From Actinomycetota bacterium (lineage in GTDB: Bacteria; Actinomycetota; Coriobacteriia; Anaerosomatales; SLCP01), in assembly GCA_037446725.1 (NCBI GenBank), contig JBBIIC010000009.1, positions 3,712 through 67,711 of the forward strand: DNA of 64,000 nucleotides. The letters are read 5' to 3'. Made by a program: the position numbers and the translations under genes. The notes below the pieces were generated by a model. It saw only the letters and a list, made by a program, of their open reading frames with translations. It made no database searches and was not told the origin of the DNA. This document shows, in pieces, positions 58,466 through 64,000 of this stretch. The stretch's first letter is position 1, and every line of letters begins with the position of its first letter.

Positions 58466-60457
58466 CTACCCTCCGGGGCGCGTCTCCAGGATCGTCTTGA
58501 CGATGGACGGATCGGCCAGCGTCGAGATGTCGCCGAACGCCTCCATTTCGCTCTCACCCGCGGCGATCTTGCGCAGGATGCGGCGCATGATCTTGCCGGA
58601 CCGCGTCTTTGGCAGCTCGGGCACGAAGTGGATGACGTCGGGTTTGGCGATCGGCCCGATCTCCTCACGCACGTGGCCGGAGAGCATCTTGAGCAGGTTG
58701 TCGCTCGCCTCCTCGCCGGTCCTGAGGATGACGTAGGCGTAGATGCCCTCGCCCTTGATCTCGTGCGGGAAGCCGACGACCGCGGCCTCGGCCACCGACG
58801 CGTGGCTCACGAGCGCGCTCTCGACCTCGGCGGTTCCCATGCGGTGCCCGGAGACGTTGATGACGTCGTCCACGCGGCCGAGGAGCCAGTAGTAGCCGTC
58901 CTCGTCCTTGCGCGCACCATCACCGGTGAAGTACCTGCCCGGGAAGGTCGTGAAGTAGACCTCCTTGACCCGGGCGTTCTCCGGGTCGCCCCACGTACCG
59001 CGCAGCATACCCGGCCAGGGGAACTCGATGCACAGGCGACCGCCCGAACCGACCGGCGTCTCGGTGTGGTCCTCGTTGAGGATGACCGGACGAACGCCGA
59101 AGAAGGGCCGCGTGGCCGAACCGGGCTTCTGCGGCGTGGCACCCGGCAGATTGGTGATGAGGTGCCCGCCCGTCTCGGTCTGCCAGTACGTGTCGACGAT
59201 CGGGATACGCTCGCGCCCGATGTTCTTGTAGTACCACATCCACGCCTCGGGGTTGATCGGCTCGCCGACCGTGCCGAGCACGCGCAGGCTCGACAGATCG
59301 TACTTCGCCGGCCACTCCTCGCCCGACTTCATGAGGGCGCGGATGGCGGTCGGCGCGGTGTAGAACTGGTTGACGCCATGCTTCTCGCAGACCTGCCAGA
59401 AGCGGCCCGGATCGGGGTACGTCGGCACACCCTCGAACATGAGGGACGTCGCTCCGAGCGAGAGCGGGCCGTACACGATGTAGGAGTGCCCCGTGACCCA
59501 GCCGATGTCGGCGGTGCACCAGAAGACGTCCTCGTCGTGGTAGTCAAACGTGTACTTGAAGGTCATCGTCGCGTAGAGCAGATAGCCACCGGTGGTGTGC
59601 AGTACACCCTTCGGCTTGCCTGTCGAGCCGGAGGTGTAGAGGATGAACAGCGGGTCCTCGGCGTCCACCCACTCGATATCGCAGTGCTGGGTGATGTCCG
59701 AGGCGCGGACCTCCTCGTGGTACCAATAGTCCCGACCCGGCTCCATGTCCACGCGCGTCTGGGCGCGCGAGACCACGATGACCGAGTCGACCATGGGGCA
59801 CTCGAGCAGCGCGGTATCGGCCTCGGCCTTCAGTGGCACGACACGACCTCCGCGGATACCCTCATCCGCGGTGACGAGCATCTTGGCTTCGCAGTCCTGG
59901 ATGCGGTCGCGCAGCGCCTGGGCGGAGAACCCACCGAAGACGACCGAGTGGATCGCGCCGATACGTGCGCACGCGAGCATGACGATCGGCAACTCGGGGA
60001 TCATCGGCATGTAGATCGCGACCCGGTCGCCCTTCTTGATGCCGTGCTTCTTCAGCACGTTGGCGAAGCGGCAGACCTTGTAGTAGAGAGATTGGTACGT
60101 GTACATCTTGGTGCGACCTTCGTCGCTTTCCCAGATGATCGCGGCCTTGTTTCGGCGCCACGAAGTGAGGTGGCGGTCAACACAGTTGTAGGCCACGTTC
60201 GTCTTGCCACCCTTGAACCAAGCTACGCGTGGGGTATCGAACTCGTACTCGAGAACGGTGTCCCACTTCTTGTGCCAGTACAGGTACTCCTCGGCCATCT
60301 CGGCCCAGAAACCCTCGGGGTCTTCGACGGAGCGGCGGTACATCTCCTCGTACTCGGCCATAGAGCCCACGTACGCGCGCTCGCTCACCCAGTCGGGCGG
60401 CTCGACGACACGCAACTCCTTCATCAACGATTCGATCGAGGTCGACTCTTCAGTCAT
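58466..60457 (-). CDS. acs: Acetyl-CoA synthetase (AMP-forming)
   Basis: [44 protein letters not shown]; AAGGAGG RBS before ATG at 60457. Confidence 0.97.
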   Translation of the reverse strand: MTEESTSIESLMKELRVVEPPDWVSERAYVGSMAEYEEMYRRSVEDPEGFWAEMAEEYLYWHKKWDTVLEYEFDTPRVAWFKGGKTNVAYNCVDRHLTSWRRNKAAIIWESDEGRTKMYTYQSLYYKVCRFANVLKKHGIKKGDRVAIYMPMIPELPIVMLACARIGAIHSVVFGGFSAQALRDRIQDCEAKMLVTADEGIRGGRVVPLKAEADTALLECPMVDSVIVVSRAQTRVDMEPGRDYWYHEEVRASDITQHCDIEWVDAEDPLFILYTSGSTGKPKGVLHTTGGYLLYATMTFKYTFDYHDEDVFWCTADIGWVTGHSYIVYGPLSLGATSLMFEGVPTYPDPGRFWQVCEKHGVNQFYTAPTAIRALMKSGEEWPAKYDLSSLRVLGTVGEPINPEAWMWYYKNIGRERIPIVDTYWQTETGGHLITNLPGATPQKPGSATRPFFGVRPVILNEDHTETPVGSGGRLCIEFPWPGMLRGTWGDPENARVKEVYFTTFPGRYFTGDGARKDEDGYYWLLGRVDDVINVSGHRMGTAEVESALVSHASVAEAAVVGFPHEIKGEGIYAYVILRTGEEASDNLLKMLSGHVREEIGPIAKPDVIHFVPELPKTRSGKIMRRILRKIAAGESEMEAFGDISTLADPSIVKTILETRPGG

Positions 60458-60908
60458 AAGAGGCCTCCTTCGTTCTGGCATCGGTTTCTCCCGCGTTCCG
60501 CCGACCCGGTGTGCGAGGCGGCCGGGGCGCGATACATCAGCGCGTGCGTCGATTCCCGGCGCGTCTGCGGGGTTACTGGCCATCCTAACGCGCACCCGCG
60601 CCGAGCCGAACCGGACAATCAGGTGGACGGCGGAAACGGCTCGGTCAACGGCGGCCATGGAGGCGGGGCCAGCCTGTCGATCCGGCGCAGGCGAGAAACA
60701 GGCGAGAAACACTTGTAACAAATGTTGCAGAGTGCCTGCCTTTGGGGTACCTTCTCTTCAGACAATCTTCCCTTCCCGGCAGCGCTGTTCGGGGAATCCG
60801 GACAGCACAGAGGGCGGGCGTCGTGACCGGCATCTCGACGCGTACGTGAGCACCAGGCAGCCACGTGCATCCGCCAGAGACTCAGGGGTAAGCAGGGGAA
60901 GGAATGTG

Positions 60909-60938
60909 AAGACCCCGGCCCGAAGGCCGGGGTCTTCG
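60909..60938 (-). terminator. Terminator after the ASKHA gene
   Basis: GAAGACCCCGGCC-CGAA-GGCCGGGGTCTTC, with a UUCG tetraloop on the minus strand. Confidence 0.7.
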
Positions 60939-60958
60939 GTTTCCGGGGGATTCCCCGA

Positions 60959-62536
60959 CTACAGCGCGTAGGGTTCGAGACGCAGGCACGCCATGAAGTC
61001 ACGGGTGAACGACGTCCCGGCTGCCAGGTCGATACGCACCGCGCGTGAGCTCAGCGTCCGGGCCTCCTCAATGAGTCCCGGCTCCAGTGCTATCGCTGCC
61101 GCACCGCGGACGGCGGCGTCCGACGCAGTGCGCACCGCCTGCGCGCACTCAGCGGGCACAATGCCGACCTCCACCAGATCACCGACCGCGAGCGCTCCCC
61201 CGAACGCGCCCGCCACTACGAACTCCGAGACGTGATCGGACCGGAGGTCTGCGTGTGACACCGCGGACCGGACGGCTACGCAGACCGCTGCCTTCGCAGA
61301 CTGAAAGGCGCGAACGTCGAGCTGGGTGAGGAATACGGACCGGTCGGCGGGATCAGGCGCAAGCGACACGGAGACCACGCCATCCGAGTCGAAGAAGCGC
61401 GCCCCCGCCGGTCCGCCGGTCCGCATGAGGCCGTCGGGATCCAGGTGGCCGAGTCGCTTCAGGAGCGCGACGGCCGATAGCAGACCGGACCCGGTGAGGT
61501 GGCTCGGGCGCTCGCCGTCGAAGACCGGGGTGAGACCGGCTGCCTGCGATGATTCGACGGCAGTTATCCCCCCCGGTCCAGCTTGCCCCCCGCACGCGAT
61601 CCCCCAGCCTTCGAAGGCGGGGCCCGCGGGCGCGGATGTCGCCACGACGCGCTCTCCCGCAACGACGGCGACCTCGGCGTTCGTCCCAAGATCGACGAAG
61701 ATCGACCCGCCGCACTCGCCCGTCAAGCCCTCCGCGAGCATGCCTGCCACGAGGTCCCCTCCAACGAAGGCACCCACCGCAGGCACAAGGAGGACATCCG
61801 GGGGTCCGAAACGCCCAACCGGAGCGACGGCGACCTCGAGACGCTCGACACCCGCGAGGGAGTCGGCGAACGGTTGCGCAGCCAGGCCGGAGACATCGAC
61901 ACGGGCAAGCAGGGAGATCATCGCCGTGTTGCCCGCAACCACGATGCGTTCCACCGCGGCGTAGTCGACACCCGCAGCAGCACGTGCCGCCTCCAGCCCT
62001 TCAGCCACTGACGTCTCAGCATCGCGTGCAAGTCCTTCGGCGTTGCCGGCAAGAGCGGCCGATATCCGCGAGAGCACATCGGACCCCCATCGCGCCTGCC
62101 TGTTGGGTACGCGCACGGTGGCGAGCAGGCTCCCTCCACGGGCATCGACAAGCTGGACCACCACCGACGTGGTGCCAAGATCGACCCCGGCTACCACACT
62201 CGTGGCTTTCGCTCGCTGCGAACCCCGCACATGCGGGTCCGATTCGCCCCGCGTTCTGAGTGTCACCGGACCCGCGACGCGCGCCATGCACGCCAGTCGC
62301 ACCGCTGAGGCCGCCGTCATGCGCGCACGAGCGAGTGCGGCAACCTCCCCTTCGGATGGTGGAGCGAGCTCACCCGCGGTCACCTTGACGGCGCAGCGCC
62401 CACACGCTCCCCTGCCCCCGCACGGCGCGGGGACGACGACCCCCGCCTCGGCCGCCGCCTGGAGGACCGTCGCGCCGACCTCCACCTCGGCCGAGCGGTC
62501 GGCTGGGAGGAACGTCACGCGCGCAGGCCCAGGCAC
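60959..62536 (-). CDS. ASKHA/RACo-family corrinoid reductive activator-like protein with a 2Fe-2S domain
   Basis: CGGRGACGRC...RLAC, DLGTT, AGNTAM, FVGGD, DLGTNAE, APAGPAFEG, AGAFG. Confidence 0.85.
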   Translation of the reverse strand: MPGPARVTFLPADRSAEVEVGATVLQAAAEAGVVVPAPCGGRGACGRCAVKVTAGELAPPSEGEVAALARARMTAASAVRLACMARVAGPVTLRTRGESDPHVRGSQRAKATSVVAGVDLGTTSVVVQLVDARGGSLLATVRVPNRQARWGSDVLSRISAALAGNAEGLARDAETSVAEGLEAARAAAGVDYAAVERIVVAGNTAMISLLARVDVSGLAAQPFADSLAGVERLEVAVAPVGRFGPPDVLLVPAVGAFVGGDLVAGMLAEGLTGECGGSIFVDLGTNAEVAVVAGERVVATSAPAGPAFEGWGIACGGQAGPGGITAVESSQAAGLTPVFDGERPSHLTGSGLLSAVALLKRLGHLDPDGLMRTGGPAGARFFDSDGVVSVSLAPDPADRSVFLTQLDVRAFQSAKAAVCVAVRSAVSHADLRSDHVSEFVVAGAFGGALAVGDLVEVGIVPAECAQAVRTASDAAVRGAAAIALEPGLIEEARTLSSRAVRIDLAAGTSFTRDFMACLRLEPYAL

Positions 62537-62540
62537 GGAC

Positions 62541-63398
62541 CTAGACCTCGGGCAGGACCGCGACCGCCCATCCCGTACCGGTGTGGGTGGCGATCACCGA
62601 GCCGGTCGGCACGATGTGCATCTCCGTGACCTCGAAGCGGCTCTCGATCTGCTCGGCGAGCCACTTCGCACGGTCCTCGGACAACGCGTGCAGGACGCAG
62701 AAGGCGCCTCGCCGCGCATCGCCCATGCGCTCACCGACCCAATCGAGTGTGTGCGCGAGGGCCGCTTTCGCGCCGCGTGTCCGTGCGACCGGCTCGAAGA
62801 CGCCGTCGCGCACGGTGAGCGTGACTTTGAGGTTGAGCATGCTCCCCACAAAACCCGAGACCTTGCCGACGCGACCGCCCTTGACGAGGTTCTCGAGGCT
62901 GTCGAGGCCGGCGATCATCTGAACGCGGTCGCGAACATCAGCCGCCCGCTGCAGTACGGCATCGGGCGTCAGGCCCTCGAGCGCTCCCTTCGCGGCCTCG
63001 ATCACCTCAAAGCCGAGACCGTACGAAAGGTTGCGCGAGTCGAACACGCTCACACGGCCCGCGAACCGCTCGGCCGCGGCGTGCGCGGACGCGATGGTTC
63101 CGGAGAGGTCTGCGGAGATGTGTATCGAGACCACGTGCGACGCTCGCTTCAACGCCTCAGTGTAGGCGCCGATGAACGAGCCGACCGCCGGCTGCGACGT
63201 CGTCGGAAGCGACTTCGCCGCACGCATGCGGTCGAAGAACTCCTGCTGCGACATGACCCCGTCAAGCCAGGTCTGACCGTCGATGGTGACGTTGAGCGGC
63301 ACCGTGGTGATTCCGTAGCGCTCGCGGACCTCGACAGGCAGGTCTGCTGTGGAGTCGGTGATGATGGCGATACCCGAACCAGCCCCTGTCTCACTCAT
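62541..63398 (-). CDS. DegV family fatty acid-binding protein
   Basis: IITDSTADL, PTTSQP, ISADLSGT, LVKGGR, VIATHTG. Confidence 0.93.
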   Translation of the reverse strand: MSETGAGSGIAIITDSTADLPVEVRERYGITTVPLNVTIDGQTWLDGVMSQQEFFDRMRAAKSLPTTSQPAVGSFIGAYTEALKRASHVVSIHISADLSGTIASAHAAAERFAGRVSVFDSRNLSYGLGFEVIEAAKGALEGLTPDAVLQRAADVRDRVQMIAGLDSLENLVKGGRVGKVSGFVGSMLNLKVTLTVRDGVFEPVARTRGAKAALAHTLDWVGERMGDARRGAFCVLHALSEDRAKWLAEQIESRFEVTEMHIVPTGSVIATHTGTGWAVAVLPEV

Positions 63399-63753
63399 CG
63401 GTACCTCCTTCGAACCGCACCATACCGTGCGACATGGCCCGTCCGCCCACCACGTGGACGTGAAGGTGAGGAACGGTCTGATTGGCGTCCCGACCGGCAT
63501 TGACGATAATCCGGTAGCCGCTCGCCTCGATGCCGACACGCCGGGCCACCTCGGGCACGGCCCCGAACAGTGCCGCGATAGTCTCGCGAGGCACTCCGCC
63601 ACCGAGGTGCTCGTAATGCGCCTTAGGGATGATGAGAAGGTGCACGGGTGCCTGCGGCGATACGTCGTTGAAGGCGATCACGAGATCGTCCTCGAAGACG
63701 GCCTGCGTCGGTATCTCCCCGCTGGCGATCTTGCAGAACACGCAGCTTCCCAC
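63391..63753 (-). CDS. HIT family nucleotide-binding protein
   Basis: CVFCKI, PQAPVHLLIIPK, QTVPHLHVHVVGG. Confidence 0.93.
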   Translation of the reverse strand: MGSCVFCKIASGEIPTQAVFEDDLVIAFNDVSPQAPVHLLIIPKAHYEHLGGGVPRETIAALFGAVPEVARRVGIEASGYRIIVNAGRDANQTVPHLHVHVVGGRAMSHGMVRFEGGTDE

Positions 63754-63817
63754 GTGACCCTCCCTCGCATCGCGGCGTCCCTCGGCACAGTGTAGCGCAC
63801 CGCCAGCGGTCGGCGGC

Positions 63818-64000
63818 CTACGCCTCGGCCTCCACAACCTCGCCCTCGAGTTCCCCGATGAGCGCGGTCACCTTCTGCTGTGCGTCTTCGAGCTTCCCCT
63901 GGAGCGACTGCAGGAGCGCGACGCCTCGCTGGTAGCGTGTCAGGCTCTCTTCCAACTCCAGCTGGCCGCCTTCGAGCGCCGCCACGATCGACTCCAGCTC
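63818..64000 (-). CDS. xseB: Exodeoxyribonuclease VII small subunit (5' end outside the window)
   Basis: Manual translation ELESIVAALEGGQLELEESLTRYQRGVALL...LEDAQQKV; not in the ORF track. Confidence 0.88.
   Translation of the reverse strand, partial: ELESIVAALEGGQLELEESLTRYQRGVALLQSLQGKLEDAQQKVTALIGELEGEVVEAEA

Overview
High-GC chromosomal window from an anaerobic actinobacterium; gene content and order suggest Coriobacteriia (inference). Most of it is housekeeping genes on the minus strand: rsfS/nadD/proAB/obgE/rpmA/rplU/rng, a radical SAM pair, rodA-mrdA-mreDCB, radC, an rnfCDGEAB operon with NusG-II and Gx genes, ndk, hemE-hemH-hemY, acs, a RACo-like ASKHA protein, degV, HIT and xseB. 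It also holds an EF-G paralogue, tRNA-Ala(GGC) and tRNA-Arg(CCG). The left edge is a probable restriction-modification island with two tandem adenine methyltransferases, 3' of tRNA-Ala. Most notable points: (1) a membrane-bound hydrogenase whose large subunit has an in-frame UGA at the Ni-ligand position, followed by a SECIS-like hairpin ([NiFeSe]), with a MenK-like menaquinone methyltransferase in the same locus; (2) an osmC-GT2-BshB1-like-BshC-like cluster resembling a bacillithiol-type pathway with a different glycosyltransferase, a candidate undescribed thiol or glycoconjugate system; (3) a FAD/Fe-S oxidoreductase with His- and Met-rich segments, behind a sigma70 promoter overlapped by tandem CsoR/CstR-type operators; (4) an orphan receiver-PilT fusion, an L21 with a zinc-finger-like tail, and a probable CTG start for rsfS. 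No CRISPR array, integrase or transposase was seen. All family assignments come from motif recognition, not database searches.
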